Origin: a virus
Taxonomy: Duplodnaviria; Heunggongvirae; Uroviricota; Caudoviricetes
IMG/VR virus record: IMGVR_UViG_3300018430_000002
Length of the DNA: 64,000 bases
Direction: 5' to 3' (one strand)
Notes under the pieces: model-generated
What the model was told of the DNA's origin: nothing
The model's database searches: none
The model's input: the letters and a program-made list of their open reading frames with translations, nothing else
Translations under genes and position numbers: made by a program
Shown here: positions 36,954 to 46,517 of the stretch, in pieces
How the letters are laid out: each line of letters starts with the position of its first letter
Position numbering within the stretch: the stretch's first letter is position 1

Positions 36954-37502
36954 TTATTCCTGCCCTTCGGGGTGAAGGGCAGGGATGTCAAGGAAGGAAC
37001 GGCTTACGATGTAGTCAGCCATGTGAACAGCTCGGTCGATGTTGGTGAAGGGCTTATCGTCCTTTTCGGTGGTCCACTGTCCCATGTGGCTCTTGATTGC
37101 CATGCCGATGAAGGGGGAGAAGGTCAAACCAGCTTCGGCACAGAAGGTTTCCCAGTTGATGGCGGCGTTCTTTGCGTGGTCGGCGTACTGGCTCTTGTCC
37201 ATCTCTGCGCCCATGCCGTACTTGCAGGTGTCGTGCATGATTGCGGCGGCGTAGGCGTAATCCTTGTAATCTTCGGGCATGTAGGCGTAACTGCTGAGCT
37301 TCAAAAGCTCGTCCAGCATCATCACAACCGCCTTGGTGTGTCGTACCAGACCGCCTTCGCCCTGCGAGAACTTGGGGTGATACTTGCCGGAACTGGATGC
37401 GCCGATCTGGAAAAAGTAGGCAGGAACGGCAGTGTTCATGTACTCGGTGACTGCGTTGCGAAGGGTTTCATTCTTGATGCGTGCGATTTCGTTGGTGAAC
37501 AT
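36954..37502 (-). CDS. HD-domain phosphohydrolase
   Basis: ORF track 189 aa. GKYH...GGLVRHT...IMHDTCK (H...HD metal ligands). Confidence 0.55.
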   Translation of the reverse strand: MFTNEIARIKNETLRNAVTEYMNTAVPAYFFQIGASSSGKYHPKFSQGEGGLVRHTKAVVMMLDELLKLSSYAYMPEDYKDYAYAAAIMHDTCKYGMGAEMDKSQYADHAKNAAINWETFCAEAGLTFSPFIGMAIKSHMGQWTTEKDDKPFTNIDRAVHMADYIVSRSFLDIPALHPEGQE

Positions 37503-37582
37503 GTGGTGTTTCCTCTCTTTCATTTGATGTATTCATTATACCACAGGGGCTTGGACTTGTCAAGTCCCTGTTGTGTTAAGAT

Positions 37583-37822
37583 TTAGCGACACTTGGCGCC
37601 GCACTTTACATAGGCGTTAACCTTGCGTCCCTCGAAATACTCTTCGGCGGTGATTTCCTTGGCAAACATCGGCATCTTGCCGTGCTTCATGCCAGGCATT
37701 TGCTTAGCAAAGTCCATTGCGTCAATCATGCTCTTTGCCTTTACATAGAAGCAACAGTCCAGACGGTAGTACTTGCGACCAGTGTGGCCACGTTCCATGG
37801 ATACCTTGTAATACTTCAACAT
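37583..37822 (-). CDS. hypothetical protein
   Basis: Track ORF trimmed to MLKYYKV. Confidence 0.35.
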   Translation of the reverse strand: MLKYYKVSMERGHTGRKYYRLDCCFYVKAKSMIDAMDFAKQMPGMKHGKMPMFAKEITAEEYFEGRKVNAYVKCGAKCR

Positions 37823-37878
37823 TGTTTTGTTCTCCTCTCTTGTTTGTAAGTCTATTATACCACGGTCAGAAGGGTTTG

Positions 37879-38226
37879 TCAACCCTTCCAACCGTTAAGG
37901 TTTTGTTGCGTTTCTGTTACATCGGGCACCCACACATCAACAGTGACTTCGGCGCTCCAGATGTTGTCATTCTCTGCCAGACTATCACGGGCATTATTGT
38001 CGCAGGTATCGTGCCAGCGCTCCAGTGCTTCCTGCCGTTCATCGGCGGTCATGTCAAACAGTTCTCGGATAGTGTATTCAGCGGCCAGCCAGTCATTGAA
38101 TTCCCATTCATCTTCGAGAAGTTCTTCGATCTTCTCTTCCAGTCGTGCCTGATACTCTTCCTCGTTGAGAACTTCCTGATTGTTGTAGTCCACGTAGACA
38201 GTGATGTTCCTCTTGACGTATGCCAT
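37879..38226 (-). CDS. acidic hypothetical protein
   Basis: ORF track 115 aa. Confidence 0.45.
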   Translation of the reverse strand: MAYVKRNITVYVDYNNQEVLNEEEYQARLEEKIEELLEDEWEFNDWLAAEYTIRELFDMTADERQEALERWHDTCDNNARDSLAENDNIWSAEVTVDVWVPDVTETQQNLNGWKG

Positions 38227-38299
38227 GTTGTTTGCTCTCCTTTGCTTTTCTTGTCTTTATTATACCATGCAAGATGGTGGAAGTCAAGTTAAGTGTTTG

Positions 38300-38433
38300 T
38301 TAACCAATCGGCCAGATTTCTTCTTCGCCATCCATCCAGACACGCTTGCACAGTGTGCCATCTTCGTTGGTGTAATCATCGTACCAGATACAGCCCACCT
38401 GCTGGCTATCAATCCAAGTCCACTTGTTTTCCA
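38300..38433 (-). CDS. small protein (44 aa)
   Basis: MENKWTWIDSQQVGCIWYDDYTNEDGTLCKRVWMDGEEEIWPIG, downstream of the class II promoter. Confidence 0.3.
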
Positions 38434-38606
38434 TTGCGTTCCCCTCACTTTCTGTATACATTATAGCACGTTTCGGGACATTTGTCAACAGGTAAAAATA
38501 CACAAATTTTGCACGAGATTTTTGTATACCCTGCTCTATTGCGAAACACCGCTGGCTGTCGAAGCAAAGCGCCCCGTCAGCCAGCGGGCCAAAGAAAAGC
38601 AGGTGC

Positions 38607-38858
38607 TCAGCGCTTGAGCACCCAGTCGGGGAGGTTCTCCCAGAGTCGGGAGAGGTGGCAGGTGACCACCGTGGAGCGTTTCCACTCCGTATCGGCCCCA
38701 TCCCAGAAGTACTGGTAGTGGTCGACGGTGACCATGTCACCGTGGAAGGAGACCTTGATGGTCTCGTGGCTGGCCAGCCAAGAGCCGCAGCCAGCGAAGA
38801 GGTAACCGGGACGGCTTTCGAAGCCGTAGGCAGCGAGGGCGTTGATGATGTTCTTCAT
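38607..38858 (-). CDS. hypothetical protein
   Basis: ORF track 83 aa. Class II promoter at 38880-38925. Confidence 0.4.
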   Translation of the reverse strand: MKNIINALAAYGFESRPGYLFAGCGSWLASHETIKVSFHGDMVTVDHYQYFWDGADTEWKRSTVVTCHLSRLWENLPDWVLKR

Positions 38859-38955
38859 GGTGTGTACCTCCTTGTTTGTTCCCTTTCGTTGATACTATTA
38901 TAACACGGTTTCGGCAGTTTGTCAAGCCCTTTTTGAGGGGGAGGAAGAATTTTTT

Positions 38956-39141
38956 TTATTCTTCCTCGTAGGCCCCTTCGATGTAGGGGACCACCTTGAA
39001 CTCGGTGGTCTCCCCACAGGCCTTGGCACCTCTGCGGTACCAGCCGGCGGACTTAACCGCCTTGACGTGGGAGGGGGTCCGGAGACCAGTGGACTTCCAC
39101 TGGGCGGAAGAGGAACGGCGGAACAGGATTTCGTAGAACAT
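38956..39141 (-). CDS. hypothetical protein
   Basis: Track ORF trimmed to MFYEILF. Confidence 0.35.
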   Translation of the reverse strand: MFYEILFRRSSSAQWKSTGLRTPSHVKAVKSAGWYRRGAKACGETTEFKVVPYIEGAYEEE

Positions 39142-39387
39142 GGGGTGTACCTCCTTCATCAGGGCTCTTGTCCCTTGCTGTTGTATACATTATACCATAG
39201 CCCCACCCACATGTCAAGCACTTTACAAACACTTAACATAGGTTTCGGGATTGCCCATGACCTGCTGTGCGCCAGCTTTTCCATTATTAATTTCTTAACA
39301 CAATCTTAACGCGCGATTTCGGCGACCCCTCGAACCTCTTCGGCTATTACGATTATAACACAAAAAGGGGTTGTTGTCAACCCCTTT

Positions 39388-39858
39388 TTACAAATTTTTT
39401 GATTCAGATACAAAGTATTTTGCATCGTAACTCTGTAACAGTTTCTTAACATTCAGGCTGTCCTGCTGAGTCGGGCAGTAGAAGTTAAACAGGAAATACT
39501 TTTCGATGTCTACGTAATTGTAAGTCAGTCCGTAGTATTTACAATCTTCTAACATCTGCGGAGCCTGCTCGGCAGGGATGGTGACTTCTACTTTCCAGAG
39601 TTTATCTTTTCTTGCCTTTTCCTCAAAGTACTTGACAACCCACACGCCCACCAGATTACACAGGGCAACGATGCCAGCTTTCCACCACAGGGGCAGTTCG
39701 CACAGCATGTAAACTGTTACGATTGTGTAAAGTCCGTAGGCCACGGCGTTGACAACTGCGGCGGCAGTCTTGCCGCATTTGATGGTTGCGATGCTCTTGA
39801 TGGTCTGAATGATTACGTTGGCGATGTTCAAAAGGATGAAGGTTAAAAGCAGGTTCAT
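39388..39858 (-). CDS. membrane protein (3-4 TM)
   Basis: ORF track 156 aa, hydrophobic N-terminal half. Confidence 0.45.
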   Translation of the reverse strand: MNLLLTFILLNIANVIIQTIKSIATIKCGKTAAAVVNAVAYGLYTIVTVYMLCELPLWWKAGIVALCNLVGVWVVKYFEEKARKDKLWKVEVTIPAEQAPQMLEDCKYYGLTYNYVDIEKYFLFNFYCPTQQDSLNVKKLLQSYDAKYFVSESKNL

Positions 39859-40086
39859 TCAGTTGTCCTCCTCTGTTTCGTAGTGAGTCAAGATGCCAGC
39901 ATCATCGTAAAAAGCCTGGACGAACCAGCCATCCACCCAGATATCGAGTTCCGTTGAGTCTGCTTCATGACCGATTGTATACCATTCTACAGCTTCGCTC
40001 AAATACTCTACATTATTTTTACGGAGCCAGCCGACCATCTTGCTGTGGTTCTTCTTTTCGATTACCTCTTTGACTTTTTCGAACAT
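39859..40086 (-). CDS. hypothetical protein
   Basis: ORF track 75 aa. Confidence 0.4.
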   Translation of the reverse strand: MFEKVKEVIEKKNHSKMVGWLRKNNVEYLSEAVEWYTIGHEADSTELDIWVDGWFVQAFYDDAGILTHYETEEDN

Positions 40087-40148
40087 TGTGTGTTTCCTCT
40101 CTTTCTTTTGTTGTATTTATTATACCACAGGAAGGGAATTAAGTCAAG

Positions 40149-40484
40149 TTAATTCCCTGTTACGTCGTAGGTGGTGAACTCAGTGCCGAACCAGTCTTGC
40201 TTGACAGTTGCTTCAATTTCAATCAGGTCGCCGATGCTGTATCGTGCATAGGTGCTTGCGCTTACTCGGTCAGCACCTGCTTCATCACCATCACACCAAA
40301 AGATGTGATATTTGGGAGCACTGCGATACTTTTCGGTAACTGCCTTGTCGGTGATTTCAGCGTGGAAGGAATAAGTCTCAACCTCATGGATGCCGATAGT
40401 GAACCATGCCAGAAAAAAGATTGCGATGGCAATGAAGGTGAAAAAGATGATGTCGCCGATGGTTCTGAAGATCTTGTTTTTCAT
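40149..40484 (-). CDS. membrane-anchored hypothetical protein
   Basis: ORF track 111 aa. N-terminal TM segment. Confidence 0.45.
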   Translation of the reverse strand: MKNKIFRTIGDIIFFTFIAIAIFFLAWFTIGIHEVETYSFHAEITDKAVTEKYRSAPKYHIFWCDGDEAGADRVSASTYARYSIGDLIEIEATVKQDWFGTEFTTYDVTGN

Positions 40485-40552
40485 GATGTGTTTCCTCTCT
40501 CTCGTTTCTTTCTGTATACATTATACCATGGAGAAGGGGTTTTGTCAACCCC

Positions 40553-40909
40553 TTATTTGAAAAATTCTCCACAATCTTTGCGACGCTTACCACACTTGAA
40601 AGCGCACAGGCCATGCTCCATGAGTTCTGCATAGAAGGGATCATCATAAGAAACCTTGAACCATTCGGTTTTCTTACCGTCTATGCAAGCGGTTACCATC
40701 TCATAGCCACGAGCAACGATTTCAGCATGGAACATCTCTTCAACCTTGCGCTTGCTGGATACTCGGGTTTTTACATGACTGATGCAACGAACTTCGGGGT
40801 TGTGCGTGGTGTAGGCGTAAATGCGGGTTTCCATATCTTTGGCAAAGCCTGCCTTGAAGGCGGCGTGGTCTCTCTTCTCATCCATCATCAGGTAAACATT
40901 GTACATCAT
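40553..40909 (-). CDS. hypothetical protein (possible T5orf172/GIY-YIG-like)
   Basis: Track ORF trimmed to MMYNVYLMMDEKRD. IYAYTTHNPE motif. Confidence 0.35.
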   Translation of the reverse strand: MMYNVYLMMDEKRDHAAFKAGFAKDMETRIYAYTTHNPEVRCISHVKTRVSSKRKVEEMFHAEIVARGYEMVTACIDGKKTEWFKVSYDDPFYAELMEHGLCAFKCGKRRKDCGEFFK

Positions 40910-41026
40910 TGTTAGTCTCTCCTTTGCTTTGGGCTCTTGCCCTTTCGTTGATACTATTATAACACAGGTGCACGCACTTGTCAACCCTTTTTTGAAAAAA
41001 ACTTTTTTTTATTTTTTTTCAAAAAC

Positions 41027-41056
41027 CTATTGACAAACAGGCTTTGCTGTGGTATA
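41027..41056 (+). promoter_or_regulatory. plus-strand TTGACA-N17-TGgTATACT promoter facing an ORF-poor ~350-nt region
   Basis: Consensus boxes. Downstream 41060-41420 has no convincing ORF and ends in GC hairpin 41371-41412. Confidence 0.4.
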
Positions 41057-41427
41057 CTATTATCAACAGGTGAGGGGAACACACCAAGCCGAGAAACCAA
41101 GCGCGCAGGAAAGATTGGCGAAGCACCCAGTTCCCACGACCACCGCCCAGAAACAGGTAGTTTAGCTAGGTTAGAACATCCCGACAGGGAAGAAGCCGTT
41201 CAAATCGGCCCTAGGGCATAGGGGTCAGCCCCATTCCATACATCCACGGCGGCGAGATTCCGCCCGCGCAAGCGAAGACGAGAGTGGCTCTGTTTTGGGA
41301 TGGGGCTTAATTTATTTTTAACAAAGATTTTACATGTTAATTTTCTGTAAGGTATAGTGTTGCGCGAATCAGGGCCGCGCACGGGTGTTGAGGCGCCCGT
41401 GCGCGGCCCTGCGAAAAAAGAGGCAGC

Positions 41428-41573
41428 TTACGCTACCTCTACTTTAATGGGATGCCACCCTTGATTGACCAATGCGTTACGCAGGTCGGCAGCCTGCCAT
41501 GCCTGCCATGCCTGTGCCTCGCTGGTGTAAGGTTCGATTCCTCTCAGTCCACTACGACTCATGATGTACCACA
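41428..41573 (-). CDS. small protein
   Basis: Trimmed to MWYIMSRSGL. Confidence 0.3.
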
Positions 41574-41657
41574 TTGTGTTGTTCTCCTCTCTTGTTGTTG
41601 TACTTATTATACCACAGTGAGAGCCTGTTGTCAAGCCCTCACTGTGTTAAGTGTTTG

Positions 41658-41879
41658 TTACCATGCCATCAGTCTCAGCTGACGAGCTTCTTGTACGGAA
41701 TAGGTGCGCTTGTGGATGAATGCTTTCTTCAGGCCTACGACTTCATCACTGTGCATTTCTTCTTTGGCGATTGCTTTTTTCAAGCTTTCCAAAGAACCAC
41801 GAGTGATAATAGAACGCCATTCACCGTATTCTCCATTGTTGTAGTGATCGTATTTGGTAAGAGTTGCTGCGTACATCAT
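41658..41879 (-). CDS. hypothetical protein
   Basis: Trimmed to MMYAATLTKY. Confidence 0.35.
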   Translation of the reverse strand: MMYAATLTKYDHYNNGEYGEWRSIITRGSLESLKKAIAKEEMHSDEVVGLKKAFIHKRTYSVQEARQLRLMAW

Positions 41880-41964
41880 TGTTGTATTCCCCTCTCGTTT
41901 CTTTCTGTATTTATTATACCACGGAAAGGCTTGTCTGTCAAGCCTTTCCTTTGTTAAGTGTTTG

Positions 41965-42225
41965 TTACGCATTGAGTGCGAGCTTCTTTAAGAACTGCGT
42001 GTAGGTCAGGGAGAAGAAACGCTTGCCGTTGATGTAGTCGGCGATCATGGCGATCTGTTCCTCGCTGTAGGTCAGGCCCCAGAAGTCACACCAGTTGGCG
42101 AGCTTCACAGTCAGGCTGCCCTTGCGAACTTTGTTCACATCGCTCTTCATGTCATCCAGAGCAAAGGGATTGTTGAAATACTTAACCTGCTTGATGAGGT
42201 AGACTGCGATGTTGTTCTTATCCAT
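41965..42225 (-). CDS. hypothetical protein
   Basis: ORF track 86 aa. Confidence 0.4.
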   Translation of the reverse strand: MDKNNIAVYLIKQVKYFNNPFALDDMKSDVNKVRKGSLTVKLANWCDFWGLTYSEEQIAMIADYINGKRFFSLTYTQFLKKLALNA

Positions 42226-42334
42226 TGTTTTTCTCTCCTTTGTTTTTCCCTTTCGTTGTACTTATTATACCATGGGTTTCGGGATTTGTCAATAGGTTTT
42301 TGAAAATTTTTTTGAGAAATTTTTAGGGAAAGGC

Positions 42335-42721
42335 TCAAGCCTTTCCCTTTGGGGGTCGATGTGCGGTGAGCGTCACGCTGTAGTGTACGCCGTTCAGGTG
42401 GAAGTCGATCTGCCGTTCGGGATTGATAACCTCGCAGTTATCGAAGTCGGCAAGCGTGTCTTTCAGGCAGTCGATGATCAGGCGCTTGTCTTCATTGGGT
42501 TTGCGCTCTCTTGTGCGCTTGCGCCCGTAGGCATCTACGCTGTGTTCGCCTGTGCGGAGGGAGCCATTTTCCTTTGCGCCCTTTGCCATCTCTTTCATCT
42601 CGGGGGTTTCAATGTCCTCACGATCTTCCAGAATAGCCTGTTCCGCTTCCTCTCTTGTGTCGCCCAGGTTCATGAATGCCTGGATCTGTCTTTCCTCTTT
42701 AGGGGTGAATTTGATAGCCAT
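42335..42721 (-). CDS. hypothetical protein, paralog of the 31926..32381 C-terminus
   Basis: Trimmed to MAIKFTPKEE. Confidence 0.45.
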   Translation of the reverse strand: MAIKFTPKEERQIQAFMNLGDTREEAEQAILEDREDIETPEMKEMAKGAKENGSLRTGEHSVDAYGRKRTRERKPNEDKRLIIDCLKDTLADFDNCEVINPERQIDFHLNGVHYSVTLTAHRPPKGKA

Positions 42722-42768
42722 GTTATCCCTTCCTTTCAATAACATTATACCACAGACAGAGGGGCTTG

Positions 42769-43053
42769 TCAAGCCCCTTTCTGTAGTTTTTTAATCTTTT
42801 TATCTACGTTATTTCTCTTGTGTACAAGTCTGTTATACTTGCGTTGTCTGCGCTTGCGCTTGGCCTCTTCTCTGCGTGCTCTCCATACTCTTGCCCACTC
42901 CATAGGAATAGACTTTACTACATAGCACACATTGCTGTTCTTGTTGCGTGCGTTGTACACCTCGCATACAGCGTAGGCATTGCGCTGAGTGAGGAAGACG
43001 CCTGCCCTAGTGAGGCAGCAGTCTGCCCCTGTGTCCTTTACTACAAGATACAT
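42769..43053 (-). CDS. basic hypothetical protein
   Basis: Trimmed to MYLVVKDTGADCCL. Confidence 0.35.
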   Translation of the reverse strand: MYLVVKDTGADCCLTRAGVFLTQRNAYAVCEVYNARNKNSNVCYVVKSIPMEWARVWRARREEAKRKRRQRKYNRLVHKRNNVDKKIKKLQKGA

Positions 43054-43073
43054 TGTGTATCGCTTCCTTTCTG

Positions 43074-43241
43074 TTAGCGCAGAGCCAATGCCTGCGCTTC
43101 GGTCATGCGGATAACAGTGAAGTGTTCGCCGCTCTTGCTCATTCGACGATAGCCCCACTTCCTAGCAAGGCGCTCAGTGTAGTGCATAGAGTAGCGGATG
43201 CCGCGCGGAGTGGTGTAAGGTACTACGTAAACAGTCTTCAT
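43074..43241 (-). CDS. small basic protein
   Basis: Trimmed to MKTVYVVPYT. Class II promoter at 43265-43310. Confidence 0.3.
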   Translation of the reverse strand: MKTVYVVPYTTPRGIRYSMHYTERLARKWGYRRMSKSGEHFTVIRMTEAQALALR

Positions 43242-43299
43242 GGTGTTGTTCCCCTCTCGTTTGTTTCTGTATACATTATACACCACAGGGGCGCACTTG

Positions 43300-43420
43300 T
43301 CAATGAGTTATTTGTTAAGAATGTGTTAACAATATTTAACAAACATTTAACATTTCGGGAAAGTAGGGGTTTGGTCAGTTTGTTAAGTTTTTGTTAAATT
43401 TTTGTTAACAACATGTTTTC
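43300..43420. repeat. cluster of at least 8 TTGTTAAC/TTAACA motifs (same element found upstream of class II -35 boxes)
   Basis: atttgttaagaatgtgttaacaatatttaacaaacatttaacattt ... gtttgttaagtttttgttaaatttttgttaacaac. Confidence 0.45.
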
Positions 43421-43573
43421 TGTGGAAATCTGGGGCTACGATGGCCGCCTGCGGGCGGGCGTTTTTCAGAGGCCGACAATACATTGTATATTTTTTCTCG
43501 AATAATAGAGGGGGGGTATGTTTCGGGATAAAAATTATTTTAACATTGAATTTACATTATGCCTGGTCCATTC

Positions 43574-44283
43574 TCACACTAAATCATTTTTCGTTTTCAG
43601 ATCACGGGCTTTTTCCAAAATCTTAATTAACGTCAAATCACCATACTCGTTGTGAGGAATGCGCACCAATGGCACTCCAATGTCCATACACCACTCGGTT
43701 TTAATTTTGTCTCTTTCTTGCTGATGTACAAAAGTTTCTTCTCCACCCCAAATTTTCACTGGCGCGGCATGCTGATAACCATCGAATTCAATGACAAAAG
43801 CTAATCCTTCTTTTCCAAATACAGCAAAATCAAAAGCGTATCTCTGTAATCCTTCAAAACGATATTGTTCTTGAAAATTCAATCCACCCGCTTGAAGCAA
43901 TTCACGTATTTTAATTTCGCCTCTCGATGAATGATGACAAGCTACACAAGTATTCTGTCCACTCTTTAGATGATCTGCCTGAATCTGTTTTTCTAAGCCA
44001 CATCTCACGCAACGACATTTCCAATAACATACATGACTACGATTAATATATCCGATTCGCTCTAATACTTCGAAATCGCCATATTTATCTCCCACTTCTA
44101 CTTTCTTGCGTTTGCGCAGTCCAAGAGAACAAGGTTTACAGGAAATTGCCGTTTGACCATTAAGCTTATCAATACGTACACTTACAGTATTACCACAAAG
44201 TTCACATTTACATAAAAAATACTTATTTCCATACTAGGCCGTTTTCACTGGATCCGGCCCTAACACTGTTAAAAATCCACTTT
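43574..44283 (-). CDS. zinc-ribbon + PD-(D/E)XK (Vsr/DUF559-like) nuclease with one in-frame TAG
   Basis: Hand translation MVGKKSGFLTVLGPDPVKTA(TAG)YGNKYFLCKCELCGNTVSV... continuing into the track ORF ...AFVIEFDGYQH.... Confidence 0.4.
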
Positions 44284-44285
44284 TC

Positions 44286-44687
44286 TTACCAACCATTACA
44301 ACCTCCAAATTCTGGACACCACATTACACATTGTCCGTCCGGTCCTTCACATCCAAGAGCCTCAATCGGCAAATCATGGTTTTTGCAAAATTTCTCATAC
44401 TCGCCCCATCCGCAATTCCATAATACATGCTTCGAAACAAATTCATTTTCGGCACGTCTATAAGCATCCTTCTCTTCTTGTGTAGAAGGACGAATATTCG
44501 GGTCTTTTGGCTCATGATACTTAATAGTCGTAGAGCCATCTGGATTTGTTGTCCATGTAGTAATATTCTTATACCACTCCGAATCTTTCTTAAAAGGATT
44601 TTCAAGAGTAGTAGTTCTGTCCCATTCTTCTCTAGCATGAAATACTACCGCATTCACGCCACTAACTACAATAGGTTTAAAAGACAT
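44286..44687 (-). CDS. hypothetical protein
   Basis: ORF track 133 aa. Confidence 0.45.
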   Translation of the reverse strand: MSFKPIVVSGVNAVVFHAREEWDRTTTLENPFKKDSEWYKNITTWTTNPDGSTTIKYHEPKDPNIRPSTQEEKDAYRRAENEFVSKHVLWNCGWGEYEKFCKNHDLPIEALGCEGPDGQCVMWCPEFGGCNGW

Positions 44688-45054
44688 CTATATCGTAATC
44701 CCCTCTCACGGCAACCCAATCGCCGACATTAACATGCATTGTCTGCCACTCGTGAAGCCGAACTTCTCTCCACTTGCCGTCTCGCTCAATTCGAATATAC
44801 CAATAGCCCGGCTTATCAACCATTCTGTGGCCATCTGCCATGGTGATAATTTCTCTGGGGTGATACTGCTCCAAGACAACCTCACCTGTAGACAGGCGTG
44901 GGTCATAATTGGATAAATCACCTATCGCAAAAGTAAGGAGAGTGGCTAACATAATCGCCACGACAACCATAAAAACTGGTACAAAAATTTTACTTGTACG
45001 GCTCATTCTATGCGTATCCTCCTTGGTAGTCCTGCCAGATACCTTCGTCGCCAA
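44677..45054 (-). CDS. membrane-anchored hypothetical protein
   Basis: ORF track 125 aa. Confidence 0.45.
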   Translation of the reverse strand: MATKVSGRTTKEDTHRMSRTSKIFVPVFMVVVAIMLATLLTFAIGDLSNYDPRLSTGEVVLEQYHPREIITMADGHRMVDKPGYWYIRIERDGKWREVRLHEWQTMHVNVGDWVAVRGDYDIDVF

Positions 45055-45346
45055 AATACATTACAGCATCTTTCATATTATATCTATCGCCGACCCAAAA
45101 AGTATACCACTGAGCCGGGCTTACATATTTGGTCCAACGGCAACCATCAAGGTCATCAATGACAAACCAGTAAACGCCACCATGATTCTGACCATATTCA
45201 TCAATATAGCCAGTTACCATACCCTTGTCTACGATAACGCCAGTGTCATTGCTACTACCAACAAGCAAACCACAAACTCCCACAAAAATACAAATCAGGC
45301 CTACAATTAAAACTACCCATTTCATAGTATTTACCTCTTGTTTCAT
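45008..45346 (-). CDS. membrane/secreted hypothetical protein
   Basis: ORF track 112 aa. Class I promoter at 45345-45395. Confidence 0.45.
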   Translation of the reverse strand: MKQEVNTMKWVVLIVGLICIFVGVCGLLVGSSNDTGVIVDKGMVTGYIDEYGQNHGGVYWFVIDDLDGCRWTKYVSPAQWYTFWVGDRYNMKDAVMYFGDEGIWQDYQGGYA

Positions 45347-45390
45347 TTTCTAAATATATTATATCAAAATTTTTTAAAATTTTCAAATTG

Positions 45391-45419
45391 AAGATTCTTG
45401 ACACGAGAAAAAATTTTTG
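45391..45419 (+). promoter_or_regulatory. class III (plus-strand) promoter TTGACAnnGAtAAAAAATTTTTGtTATAAT; other copies at 27395-27423 and 60707-60735
   Basis: Three near-identical copies including the 17-nt spacer. Each is followed by a GGAGG-type RBS and a plus-strand gene. Confidence 0.55.
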
Positions 45420-45443
45420 TTATAATAATACTAACGAAGGAGG

Positions 45444-46517
45444 TTGATTATTATAATCAAGTTAGATTATACGATCGAGTCTCCGGAAGAGCGTAATAAA
45501 TTAGTAGAACAGATTTTAGCTGAAACTCCCGACCCGAGTGAACAGTATCTTGAAATTCTTGCTGATTATTTAGTTCTTTGTATGGAGAAGCAAGAGCGTA
45601 GAGAGAGAAAGATTCTTACGGATAATAGAATGGCTACTATTAATAAACGTGAGACATCTTTTGAAGGTCTTATCGGGCAGTTAGAAAATGGCGAAGATGG
45701 TATTTACAATTTAGTAACGAACGATAAAAATATTATATTTCAACCTAAAGTAACTATTACAAAACAAGATATTGAAGAAATTGCGCCTTTACGACAACTT
45801 AAAGAATCAATAGCTAGATGGGAAGAGTTGTCAAAGACTGCTACTGGACGCGCCGCGTTTATCGCGAAATCTACACTCATTGAATTACGTAAGGATTAGT
45901 ATATTATAAAAAATGCTTATCGTAAACCAATTGTTTTTACTCGATTAACACGAAACACAAGCACTGGAGTGTCGCTCCCCTGGGATGAGTGGATTGATGA
46001 GAATGGAGATATACAATATTCCGGTCTTTCTTTTTTGAATCCCGATATTATTAGTTTAATTTTATGTAATTATTCAAAACTAAAAGAAGATAGTTGGGAT
46101 TAGTTCCAAGGGGATACTTGGTACATGATGCTGGATTTTGATAATATTGCCGAAAAAGCATTAGCAAGTTTCCCTATGTATCGCCGCATCGTTGAATACA
46201 AGGTCGATGGATTGTCCAATCTGACTATTCAAAAAGCAATAGAAGAAGAATTTGGCTTCACCCATTCCATTGAATACATTAGCTCTTTATGGCGTAATAA
46301 AATCCCAAAACTAATTGCTTCTGCCGCAACCGATGAATGGCTCCTTTGGTATTATACTGAAAAAGAACGTGGCCAATGGAAGCGCTGTACTCGCTGTGGT
46401 CAAGTTAAGTTAGCCCATTCACGCTTTTTTTCCATAAATAAAACATCTAAAGATGGATGGTATAGTTTATGTAAGAAATGCCGCAACTCCAAAAATCGTA
46501 AAAAGGAGGGCTAATTT
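45444..46517 (+). CDS. late protein with C-terminal zinc finger; two in-frame TAG codons
   Basis: TTG start after RBS AGGAGG. Track ORFs 45444..45899 and 46125..46514 are in the same frame and are joined through TAG at 45897 and about 46101. Class III promoter at 45391-45419. Confidence 0.45.

Noticed and set aside
41371-41412. GC-rich 17-bp hairpin as a canonical intrinsic terminator
   Set aside because: No U-tract follows on either strand. Kept only as a possible RNA structural or processing element.
30292-43300. Numerous 60-230-aa plus-strand track ORFs in the 30-43 kb region
   Set aside because: Antisense to well-supported minus-strand genes with individual promoters. Composition-driven; none has an RBS or promoter.
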